A DNA stretch of 64,000 bases. Source: Dimorphilus gyrociliatus. Its lineage: Eukaryota; Animalia; Annelida. Position numbers and translations under genes: made by a program. The notes under the pieces are model-generated. The model saw only the letters and a list, made by a program, of their open reading frames with translations, made no database searches and was not told the DNA's origin. The stretch's first letter is position 1, and each line of letters begins with the position of its first letter. Shown one piece after another: positions 52,926 through 64,000 of this stretch. Location: contig CAJFCJ010000001.1 of the NCBI GenBank assembly GCA_904063045.1, positions 868,001 to 932,000 on the forward strand. The letters are read 5' to 3'.

Positions 52926-53281
52926 AATTAATATTATTTTTAGTCACCGAACAAGAAAATATCTTCTTCTCTTCTTCTAAAATTATTCCCTACATGCCTG
53001 TGATATTTCTATCAATGTTATCTTAAGAAGTATTATAATAATAAAGAGCATCACTGAATGAGTTTGAGCGAAAGTCTCTTCTGTTTTTTTTTATTTAAAA
53101 AATTAATAAACATTTGTTTTATAAATTAAATTCTTTGATATTTTCATTGATTTATGTTTTTCTTTTATGTCTTTATTTATAAACTAATCTATATTCTTAA
53201 TTATTCTCTCGTAACTAAAGAAAAGTAGAAAAGAGATACAACGAAACTAACATATTCTTATATTGAAAGATCTTCTCTGTT

Positions 53282-53767
53282 CTATTTTTTTAATCTTGTC
53301 TTTAATTGTTCATTTTCGTTTTCCAAAACTTGCCTATCAGCTTCAGTTTGAGCCATCTGTTAAAAAACAAGAAGCAACAAGAAATTATTAGAATTTCAAG
53401 TTTTTAGATTAAAGACTACCTACCAAATCTATAAGAGTATCAAGTTTTAATTGCAGTAAGTTATTCTCTGCTCTTAATCTGTCATTTTCTTTCTTAATTA
53501 ACGACGAATCTCCACCTCTACCACTCTTTGAACCATCATCTAATAATCCGTTAGATATAAATTTCGATACTAAATAAATTATATTGGCCTACCTAAAATC
53601 CATTGTCCATTTTCGAATATCATATTTTGGCCATTCAAAGTCATTTTAATTGGACCAGAGTCGAGCTCGTTACGTTTATCACTGGAGTCTAAATTCAAAT
53701 TCGATAGAGAGGGCCATTTCCTTGCTTGAGTTTTCTTCGTCGTAAATTTGTTACCGAATACAGGCAT
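53282..53767 (-). CDS. CBY1: Chibby (basal-body/transition-fibre protein); 3 exons
   Basis: MPVFGNKFTTKK...SLSNL, MTLNGQNMIFENGQWI, ENNLLQLKLDTLIDL|MAQTEA; stop TAG at 53282-53284. Confidence 0.92.
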
Positions 53768-54092
53768 GCTGAATCACGCTTTTTCTTTAAATATGCAAGA
53801 AATTCAATCAAAAGTTGTTTACAGAGAACTTTCAATAAAGATACTCTGATTAGATTTATGTTACTCTTGTAAGACGGTAATTAAAAGTTGCAAATAATTA
53901 TTCGTTCACTCTAACTCAGATGAGAGGAACGTTTCTATCGAATTGTTTACTGGAATTCCGGAAATGTTGAATGGGATATCCCTTTTAAAAATTAAATAAA
54001 CTAAATTTTAAAATGATAAATATAAATTTATCCTACAAACTATATTATTTATAAAGAAAATAATTTGTACGAAAATATTTTTATATAGTTTA

Positions 54093-54108
54093 CAGCGCCT
54101 CCTGGCGA
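54093..54108 (-). promoter_or_regulatory. CTCF-like motif (TCGCCAGGAGGCGCTG) in the CBY1/MOSMO bidirectional promoter
   Basis: Close match to the CTCF core; an isolated GC island in very AT-rich sequence, 85 bp upstream of the MOSMO ATG. Confidence 0.45.
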
Positions 54109-54192
54109 CATATAATTGTTAGAATATTTTAATAAATAAATTTAACTATAAGGTTTGTCAATAAATTTTAGTCAATTTACAATTATTTTCCC

Positions 54193-54765
54193 ATGGAGAA
54201 ATTAAACATAATTTCGGGGGCTCTTTTTTTTATGGCTGATGTTTTTGCTATAGCCAGTTTATCAATGCCCAATTGGATAACTACAAATATTGGTGAAGGT
54301 AAAATCGTTGTATATGAAGTAAAGTTGAATTTAAAATCTAAATTCTTTTATCTAGGAAGCACAAAAATTGGTCTACTACAAACCTGCTTTCAATATGCCT
54401 ATAACAATTATACAGAAGAGTGTTTTATGCAACCAATAATACGACCAGAATGGGTTATATCATTTATTGCTATTTGTGGTGGAATAGTTTTAATCACTGT
54501 GACCATAGGACTCTTGATTGCCACTTACTATCAGTATAAAGTTGTTAAAGTTGCTAGATGGTTAGGTTTTAGTGCTATGGTTTGTTTTTGCTTGGCTGCT
54601 GTTCTCTTTCCTGTTGGATTTGACATGGATTTAATTGGGGGAAAGGCGTATCAACTACCAACTAGCTATACCGTTGGTATATCTTATATCTTCTTCATTC
54701 TCTCACTTTGGATCACAGTTATATCTGAGTTATTTGCAGGAAAAGTTTGTTTACCCCATTTTTAA
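54193..54765 (+). CDS. MOSMO: Modulator of Smoothened (C16orf52/ATTHOG), claudin-like tetraspan; one intron 54299-54355
   Basis: MEKLNIISGALFFMADVFAIAS, PEWV, ARWLGFSAMVCFCLAAVLFPVGF, IGGKAYQLP, LFAGKVCLP match MOSMO along the full length. Confidence 0.92.
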   Translation: MEKLNIISGALFFMADVFAIASLSMPNWITTNIGEGKIVVYEVKLNLKSKFFYLGSTKIGLLQTCFQYAYNNYTEECFMQPIIRPEWVISFIAICGGIVLITVTIGLLIATYYQYKVVKVARWLGFSAMVCFCLAAVLFPVGFDMDLIGGKAYQLPTSYTVGISYIFFILSLWITVISELFAGKVCLPHF

Positions 54766-55211
54766 ATGCAGAACTATATTTTTAGTAACCACACTCTGAT
54801 ATAGAAATTCTTTTCTAACATAATTTTTATCTAGTCATTAGTTCTTAAATAATTTATTATTGAGAACTCAATATCAATGAATTTTTTCTTTTTTTATTTC
54901 CAATTTCTGAGTAACCTGTTGAGTATATTTAGCTGTATCCAAAACCATACTCTGTGTAAAACTGTTAAAAATCTTCTTCCTTGTGTTTTTTTATACCTTA
55001 TTTATTAAGTTCAAATTGATTTGTTTTAAAAAAAATTAGAACTGATTACTTCATTTCAATAAATGATTTGATGATATTCTGTATATAGAATGTCTATTGG
55101 ACCCTTTTTATGAAAAGAGATATAAAGAATTAAATGGCTCACTCATTTTATTTTTGTAATGAATAACACTTTTATTACTCAATATCGTTTTAGCGAAATT
55201 TCCACTGTAAC

Positions 55212-57211
55212 TTAAGGAGTTAGTCTCTTTGGATCGCGGGGAAACATACTTGTTTTACGAATGTTGTCCAGACCAAGGTACAGCATAACAACTCTTTCCA
55301 TACCGATTCCGCCTCCGGCATGAGGTGGACATCCGTATCTAAAGCTATCAATGTATGCCCGAATTTTCTCCAAGTCTACGCCGTGGTGCTCAGCTCTCTC
55401 TGATAAAAATTTGGGATCGTGAATCCTCTGAGCTCCAGACAATATCTCCTCTCCTCTCATAAACATATCGTAAGAATTTCCCCATTTAGGGTCGTTGGGA
55501 TCAGGCATTGTGTAGAAAGGTCGAATAGCCAATGGAAACTTGTCTAGAATGTAGAAATCGGTGTCATACTTTTCTCTAACCAATCGTCCCAAAAGTTTTT
55601 CGTTTGGAGTACTTAAATCATCTTCGTCATCCATTTCGACTCCTGCTTCTCTCAGCATCTGAACCCCTTCTGAGAAGTTAAGAACGAGACTTGGTTCAAT
55701 GAATTTGAAATCTTCCGCAGGATATTGTCGATGTACTGCATCAATCTCTTCTTGATAATGTTTTTTGAGACCTTTGAACATTTGAACAAAGAGATCTCCT
55801 ATTGTTTGTACGACTTCATGGTAATGGTAATTAAAAGCCATCTCTAAATCAAGTCCAACGAATTCTGTCAAGTGCCGATGAGTGTTTGAGTCTTCTGCTC
55901 TAAAGACAGGCCCAACAGTAAAGACTTTATCAAAATCAGCAGCTATTGCCATTTGCTTGTAGAGCTGAGGACTCTGAGCTAAGTAGGCACTTCTCTTGAA
56001 ATAGGCAACTGTAAAAAAGTTAGCACCTCCCTCGCTTGCAGCCGAGATAATTTTAGGTGCGTGTATTTCAACAAAACCTTTCTCGGTTAAGATATCTCTA
56101 AAGAGTTTACAAACTCCAGCTTCTACTCTAAATATAGCTTGATTCGTAGGCGTTCTCAAGTCAAGTATTCTGTTATCAAGTCTGGTATCCTGATTAACAG
56201 TTGACAATCCATCTTTTTCGCTAACTTGTCTGGCTGCGTCTTCAATTTGTAAAGGCAAGGTAGGTTCAGAAGGATGGATTACCCATACCTGGCGGAGATG
56301 TAGCTCCACATCTTTCTGCGTACAGCCTTCAATTTTTTCAGGAACAGCCATAACTTGACCATAAACATCAATCAGAGCTTCTTTATTAACGTGCTTGCCA
56401 AACTTAACCATTTGAGAAGAGACATTCTCATTTACAAATAGTAGAGCTTGAAGTGTAAAATGTTTTTGTCTCAGAACCATAAAACATTGTTTTCCGGTAG
56501 CTCTAGAATTATGCAACCTGGCCCTAAGCCATATATTCTCCCCAACATTACTAGCATCTAGAGAACCGATATTATGCATTTTCCTCTGAGGTTTTTCGCT
56601 TGATTGAATTAATTTCATCTGGCCATATAATCCGGCAGATATATCTTCTTTAGCAGCTTCCTCGCTAGCTTGAGCGTCTTCCCTCTTTAAAACGAAATTA
56701 AGAATTGAATAAGAAAATAGATTTAATTTTTAATGTAACATTTTTTTCCAGATATTTCTATTTAATTATAAATTATTTGTATAATACCTGTTGTTTGCGT
56801 TCCATTTTTTTTGCTGCCTTTTCAGCTTCCTTTTGTTGCTTCTTCAAGGCTTTTTTAGAAATGCCAGTCTCACTGAAAGAAATCTCTTATATAACTCAGG
56901 TGAATGGTTATTATTGCATAAGGCGCATTTCCTTCAAATCTGACGCAATATTACTCATTATTAATTTCTTTAGTGTTTAATGTTGATTCAAAATATTATA
57001 TTTCTGCGCAATTATATTGATCTATAATTGGAATTAACCAAGAAAACATGGTTGTAAATCCAGTTTTTGGGTATTCTATGACTTTTGAACAGCTATTCAA
57101 AGTTGAAATTGTAAGCTTATCATTAGTTATAAAATTACTACAACTTATGATAATTTTATGAAAACTCAATTAAGATAATATTTACCCTGGTTGCGCACTG
57201 TTATCAGCCAT
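55212..57211 (-). CDS. DARS1: Cytoplasmic aspartyl-tRNA synthetase; two small 5' exons plus one long exon 55212-56684
   Basis: [84 protein letters not shown]. Exon 1 MADNSAQPG|, exon 2 [15 protein letters not shown]. Confidence 0.96.
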
Positions 57212-57498
57212 TTTACGTCAAAAGCAGGGATTTTTCAGAGTATCCTTTAATGCAACGTGACCACTTTCAACCAAAGTGAGATATGAAACTATTGTAGTAT
57301 TAAATATGGCAGTTTTGAATCAAACTGTTACACATCATTTGCAAGCGCAGATTTAGTATGACTCTAAAAATGAGACAGCTCACTTTCAATGCTGATATGG
57401 AATATCTTTCGATTCAACCGCAGAGCAGACGACAATTAAGTAGAGAAAACTGATAGTGTTTTTTACTATTAAAAGCATGGTCCAATATTACAAAAGTT

Positions 57499-60400
57499 AT
57501 GAGTTATATATGTCAGTTTCGGAAAAACCATGTGTTTAATATTGGGAGAAAAGTATACCACTATAATGTTCTTACTAATAAGTTGCATTGCTCAAGAACA
57601 TTCTCAAATCAATTAAAATTGCGAAATGAGCGATATCGTATTAACTCACAGTTTAACATTGCCTATGGTAATTTTTTTATTTTACCTGTCAGGAGATAAT
57701 ATCTTATACTATAATTTTAGGACAAGCTGTTGCAAATTATAGTCAACATGCACAAGTGGAAGAAACTGGTGATTTAAAAAGGATAACTGAAGAAGAAGAA
57801 CTAATTAATAGTAAGTAGAACGACGCATTTTGCGATTCATTCGAATATGTAAAGTTACTTCATTGATTAATATCCAATTATTTCCCTTATTTAATTTTAG
57901 TTTCAGAATATTATGAATCTCATGTAATTCATACTTCTGAAAAAAATCATGCCAAACCAAAGAAAAACAAAGCAAAACAGCAAATAAAACGTCGTAAACG
58001 CTCAAAACCTGAAATAATTTTTGATGAAAACTGGATATCCGAATTTCCTGCAGAATCAACAAACTTTGACCGCTTTCGTGAAGATGATGTTGAATTCCAT
58101 CCAACAGATTTGACAACATTACTTACATCTAACTCAAAAACCCTAAAACCTCTAAGTAAATCTGATTTAAATAAAGAGATGACAGGCTTGCGTTCAATTC
58201 TTGAAGCAAATGAACAGTTAACATCCGAAAGTGTTCAACAACACCTTAAGTTGTTTAAACGGTTAAGAAGTTTGAGTGATGTGCGGAAAGCTTCCATCAT
58301 TGATGCTGTAAATCGTGAGATAGAAAGGAGAAAAAACTCCTTTAATGCAGAATTGAAAGCATACATAGACGTCTGCATAAGCTGTGGCCTGGTAGGCTTT
58401 AATAATAGTTGTTAATTGTTTCATTGAAGATATCTTTACTGTGCAGACAAAGAAAGCTAGTTTTGCAGTTGTTGGGGGAGAATACGCAAGAAGTAAAAGT
58501 AAAACCCATAGCCTTATTCAAAAGCAATATCATATAACTGACATTAACGTGTATGAAACGCTTTTGCATGCCCTAGCCAAGAAGGTAAACAAAGTTTTAA
58601 ACTGAAATTTTAGATAAATTAGTACAATTTTACAGAGGGATACAAGCCATATGAAAAATGTTTTTCAATGTCTAAAAAGTAATAAAGATATAAAAACGTC
58701 TCTACAATGTTATGCAGCTTACTTGGAATGCTTTGGCCGAATGTCCATCAATGGAAGCGAAGAAGAACAAGAAACTCTTTTAGATGAAATTCGCCAATGT
58801 TTAAATGATATTCAGGAACAAGTAAATTAAAATATACCTCGTTTTCCTTTCTATAATTAAGACTATTTTGTTGCTCTATTCTAGAACTTTGATTTGGAAA
58901 ATATATTAAGAGATTGTACCTTTCAAGGAGAAGAATTAGACCATATTCTTTTAGTAAATATATTTTACTATTAAGTGACTTATATACATGTTATACATTT
59001 ATTTCAGGCAATTCGTCTAGTATTACCTTCGTTTTCTCCTAAATTTCCGGAAAAGTCTAATGATGGGCTCGCTTATGAACCAGAAATATTAGAAGGATTG
59101 GCATTGAATAAGGTAAATTATTTTTTAATGTTTCCCTTCTGAATATATAGCTAATCTTAACATTTGCTATAGGATATTGATAATCCTCATTATGGTGTCT
59201 TAAGAAAAGCTGATTTGAATACTTTAATATCGGATCAAATAAAAAATGAATTAGATTCCAGTGTAACTGTGTCATCAATTCAACCTCAAAGTGAACCTGA
59301 TGAAATAATGATACATGCTGTTTGTAAAAGTATTATATTTATGGATAACTTATTATTTTAAGTGAAATTTACAGAGAAATTTGTTGGAAAAATCGCAGAA
59401 AGAATGGAGAAAAGCTCTAAAAAAGTCTTTCAAACGTTTATTAAAACAACTATGGGAACAACACAAAGGTATACGAAAATATAATACCCCTTCAATATTC
59501 ATAAACTTTATATTGCTTTTTAGGTGACTTTAAACCAAATTTACTACCTTATTTTAAACTCTTTCCTGCGGATGTTTATGTTGATTACATGATGCAGGTT
59601 AGACATATTTTTATTCAAAGAGCTGTAAAGTTAAAAAGCTTGAATTTTTTCTTTCCTAATAGGAAATAAACTTGCTGTCTTTATTCTCGGGGTACAGTCC
59701 TGCTTTGCCATCATTACAACGAAGCCTGGGTAGAAAGCTTTATGACAAATATCAAGCTCTTAAAAAGACTCAAAATGAAGTTCTAAATTACGTAGGACAA
59801 ATTTAAATTTCACAAATTAGACTTAGGTAATTTATTTTCAACAATAGATGAATCAAGCATACGAAATCTATAGTGGAAAATTGTGCGAAGAAAAGCTAAA
59901 CAGCGCTAGTCTTGCTCAAATTTGGAACGAAAGTTTTGATCAAGCTTGCTGTAATATACCATTGGTATGTGAAACATATATATATGTATAGATGGATTAT
60001 CATTATCTTACAGATTAAGATTATAACCATTAAATACAAATATCACAGAGAAATATTAACGTTAAATGGCCAGATTCTGTTACAAGACAAGTTGGAAAAC
60101 TTCTCTATTCAATAATCCTAGCAGACATTCATGTTGATGCCAATATGTTTAGGGAACCGTCATCAAGGCAGGAAATTCCAGCATTTTATTCGGTTCAAAT
60201 TCAAAAGCCCGGTGAAGCGTACAGCAAGGAAGAGATCAGGGTTTGTTCCTCTATATATTAGTATATCTTTTTCAAGGTGATTTATTTGTAAATTTTTAAT
60301 TAGCCTCATCCTACTTTGTTACGTTTATACGAAAGAGTAAATAACAGAGAATTAATCTTTAATTCTCGTGATATGCCGACCATGATTCCTCCGATTCCAT

Positions 60401-62561
60401 GGACAAGCCTAAATAATGGAATAAGTTTCTTATCAACGAGTACGTAGTCAAAATGTTGATATAAATAGGAGTGAAGAGAATTAATTTTTCAGCTGAACTA
60501 GTAAAGAATGCGTGGTCCTCACCAACGCATCAAGAACTACTACAATCCACGCCTACGAAAGCATATCAGCCTGTTTTAGACTCTTTAAGTTCTCTTAGTT
60601 CAACACCTTGGCGCATCAACAACACTGTTTTAGATATAATTATTGACTTATTCAACAAAGGAGGAGATGCATCTTTGGATCTTCCTCCTCCTTCATCGTC
60701 ATGTCCTCTCCCACCAGAAATACCAAAGTAAAATAATATTAAAACTCATAATTAGTTATCTAACAATGAAGTTTCAAACAGTAAAGCAAGTCCAGCCGAA
60801 AAGAATCGAATTTTACGTGAAAGGCAAAAAATACAGCAGCAAAGACACGATATGCATGGATTGTGGTGCACAGAACTCTATAGATTATCTATAGCTAATA
60901 AATTTAGAGATAAAGTTTTTTATTTCCCACATAATTTGGATTTTCGAGGACGCGCTTATGCTGTACCACCTCATTTTAATCACTTAGGAAATGATTTGGC
61001 TAGAAGTATTTTACTTTTTGCTAAAGGAAAAGAATTAGGAGAGTATGGACTTGATTGGTTAAAAATACACCTTGTCAATCTTACTGGACTACGCAAGCGT
61101 AGTTCTAATAAAGAACGTTTACAATTTGCTGATTCAATAATGGAAGATATTTTAGATTCGGCGCATAACCCATTTAAAGTATTTACATATTGTTCTCTTC
61201 GACTTTTTTTAAAATTAATGTTAATGTAAAAATAATAGGGAAAACAATGGTGGACAAAGTCTGATGAACCCTGGCAAACTCTGGCATGCTGTATTGAAAT
61301 TGCAAATGCCATCAACTCCAAGAATCCTAAAGAGTATCTTTCATATTTTCCCGTACATCAAGATGGTTCATGTAATGGACTACAACACTACGCTGCCCTA
61401 GGACGGGATCAAGGAGGAGCTGAATCGGTCAACCTGGCTGTATCAGATAGACCTAAAGATGTTTATAGTGACGTTTTAGACTTGGTTTGTTGTTTTCGAA
61501 ATATTTATCACAGGAATTGTTGAATAAATAATTTAAAAACAGGTTGAAGAAGAGAGAAAGAAAGATTTAAAAAACGGCATGGAAATAGCCAAATTACTTG
61601 AAGGGTTTGTTTCGAGAAAAGTAATAAAGCAAACCGTCATGACGACGGTTTACGGAGTTACATGGTACGGGGCATGGAATCAGATAATGCGTCAATTAGA
61701 TGATCTATCTGATTTTCCCCAATCGCACAGCAAATCAGCATCTCAATATTTGGCAACAAAGACTTTGCTTTGCATTCAAAAGATGTTTTCTGCCACGAAG
61801 CGTATACAGGATTGGTTAACATTGAGTGCAGATATAATATCGGTTATAGCAAACAAACCGGTAGAATGGCAAACTCCTTTAGGCTGGCCTGTTGTCCAAC
61901 CATATATGAAACCGTCAACAATGCCCAGCAGTCTATTAGAGAAACACGCGAAGGGTTTACGTTTAAATAATTTAGAGTAAATAGAAAATTTACTATAAAA
62001 TACATATCCTATAAATATATTTTAATATAATAATTACTGCAATAAATAGGAAGCCGGATGCTAGAAAACAGAAAAATGGTTATCCTCCAAATTTTATACA
62101 TTCTTTAGATTCTACACATATGATGTTGACAGCTTTACAGTGTTTTAGAGCCGGAAGGACATTTGTATCAGTGCATGACTGCTATTGGACACATGCAGCA
62201 GATGTGTCCGTAATGAATAAGGTTAGCTACTACCTATTATCAGTGAAGTATTAAAATTGAACTGTAAAATCATATATCTTTTATTAGATTTGCCGTCAGG
62301 AGTTTGTTAGATTACATAAATATCCTATTCTTCATAATCTATCGGAACAAATGACAACTAAATCCTCTGTCGTTGGGTTTAATGTGAATCAAAGAGAAAT
62401 TTTCGACGATGTAATGAAAGCAGTATTAAAGGATGTACCGGAAAAAGGTTGATAATTTATTATATTTTTCTTGCGCATTGTAAACATTTATACCTTAACT
62501 TTGCTATTTAGGTGACTTCAATCTTGACAAAGTTCTGGAATCTGAATTCTTTTTCAGTTAA
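57499..62561 (+). CDS. POLRMT: Mitochondrial single-subunit (T7-like) RNA polymerase, many exons
   Basis: [53 protein letters not shown] (motif A), [16 protein letters not shown] (motif B), [25 protein letters not shown] (motif C), VLESEFFFS*; basic, acid-poor N-terminus like a targeting peptide. Confidence 0.96.
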
Positions 62562-64000
62562 AGATGAATTACGAAATATTATTTTCTCAGAATAATATGC
62601 AAATACGCCCGTATTTTTTTCCTACCAATGTCAGTTTGACGGTTTTATCTAGCGTGCAAAAATTGGTCAATTGCCGTTATTCCGTCCTAATACAACCTCA
62701 GCAAAAATAAAAAACAATCTTGTTAAGAATCGTTCTGTAATTAATCGTTTGTTTTGTATATTTGTTAATATATTTTAATAGGAAATATATCTTTACAAAA
62801 TTTTATAAATGAACAAAAATAAAAGGAAAGTTTATAACATTTTAACGTTTTTTTTGTCGTAGAATGTTTAAGTAAAATTAATAAAAGTCTATCGATTTCC
62901 CTTGCATACTAGAGCAAATATCTCAAGAATTTTTCTACTGTAATCAACAAACTAAACGAAAATTGATCTTTTATCAACTAATTCGATAGAGGGGAAAAAA
63001 AGGCTAAAGAAATCGTTGAGTTCCCCGAAAAAATAAACCTAAAAAAAGGCAGTACAATGATAAATACAACATTCTTTTATATATATTATACTATATATAT
63101 ATGATATATTCATTCAATGTTTATCAAGTATAAACTACATTTGAAACCGATTCTGGACAGGTTTTACAAGATAAAGTTTTTTTCTTTAGTATTTGGCAAT
63201 GTAAATTGATAATCATTTTTCTTATTAAATATTTATAAAAAAAAATCAAAAGTTATGGACTAGACTCAATGAATATATTATTGTAAATCCATTTCCAACA
63301 ATATCCTAAATTAATAATCATTCTGATTTTAGTTCGCCTACTATATTGTTTTTTTTAAAAGATAATGAAAATCTTTATATAAATAGTAAATCCCATCTGC
63401 GTAATATAAATTTTTAGATATCTAAATATACAGTTGCCATATAATATAATCTTTATACTGTAAGCATATTTAATAATAAATGTTTTTACCTACATTGTAC
63501 TGTATATTGTATGCAATATATTATATATCTTTCAACGTACATGCTGAATGGCTTTGCAATATCATCATTTTTATCTGCTTTTAAAAATAATTTCTAGTTT
63601 ATAGGCTTATCTGCTAATATTAATCGATTATTTTAGACTTTGTTGCCTACGATGATTTGAATGTAAAGAAATTAATTAGCTATCAAAAAAATTTCTTTTG
63701 GATAATCGGACACTCGAAACCAAAAGCGAGTTGTAGATTTGTAATCACCTCAAATATATCGCAAGAAGATCTTGACTATTTATAAAGATAAGGTACAATG
63801 ATTTTTCTCTTCGAATCCGCATGTTTTCCATTGTTGTAGATGATTGTTGTATTTATTTGTTTGACAAATACTTTTTAACCTTGATTAATTAGATATTAAT
63901 ATATTTTAAAAATTGATTAGACCTTGTAACTTACCATCGGCGGTTCTCTAGGATATGTCTTAGGAAAGCAAAATTGAAATAGGAATACTGTAGGCTTTTT

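Noticed and set aside
26098-54355. Apparent excess of stop-free 3n introns (26098-26169, 30782-30862, 39440-39502, 51284-51358, 54299-54355)
   Set aside because: About five among roughly a hundred short introns is close to a rough chance expectation; no system claimed without a formal test.
63637-63785. About 49-codon open frame after a ttttag acceptor downstream of POLRMT
   Set aside because: No convincing upstream exon or homology; cannot be supported as a gene from this window.
1-64000. CRISPR arrays, operons, transposases, tRNA genes, selenoprotein TGA/SECIS pairs, U12 or GC-AG introns
   Set aside because: None seen by eye. TTG/GTG starts in the ORF track are caller artefacts in spliced eukaryotic DNA, and the T7-like polymerase is the ordinary intron-containing nuclear POLRMT, not phage DNA.

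Overview
AT-rich, very gene-dense eukaryotic (animal) DNA with about 19 protein-coding genes in 64 kb and mostly 50-85 bp GT-AG introns. The style suggests a miniaturised invertebrate genome (e.g. a Dimorphilus-like annelid); this is inference only. In order: an unidentified multi-exon gene (-), SON (+), TMTC2 (+, unusually long introns), a divergent receptor guanylyl cyclase (+), WDR6 (-), a shortened Serrate/Jagged (-), LRRC69 (+), intronless TIMM23 (-), SLC25A32 (+), a solitary 5S rRNA gene (-), TTC38 (-), NOC3L (+), FYTTD1/UIF-like (-), POLR2H (+), WDR60/DYNC2I1 (+), CBY1 (-), MOSMO (+), DARS1 (-) and POLRMT (+). Gene names come from remembered family motifs, not database searches, and exon boundaries were read by eye. 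Best leads: (1) SLC25A32 has two duplicated alternative last exons, each with its own poly(A) signal, that swap Arg for His in the helix-6 substrate-contact position; (2) the guanylyl cyclase has Phe in place of the guanine-specifying Cys; (3) the lone 5S gene has compensatory stem changes; (4) repeated head-to-head gene pairs carry ETS-like and CTCF-like motifs; (5) WDR60-CBY1-MOSMO form a ciliary/Hedgehog trio; (6) WDR60 has a codon-diverged 15-aa repeat. No transposon, CRISPR array or prokaryotic feature is supported.
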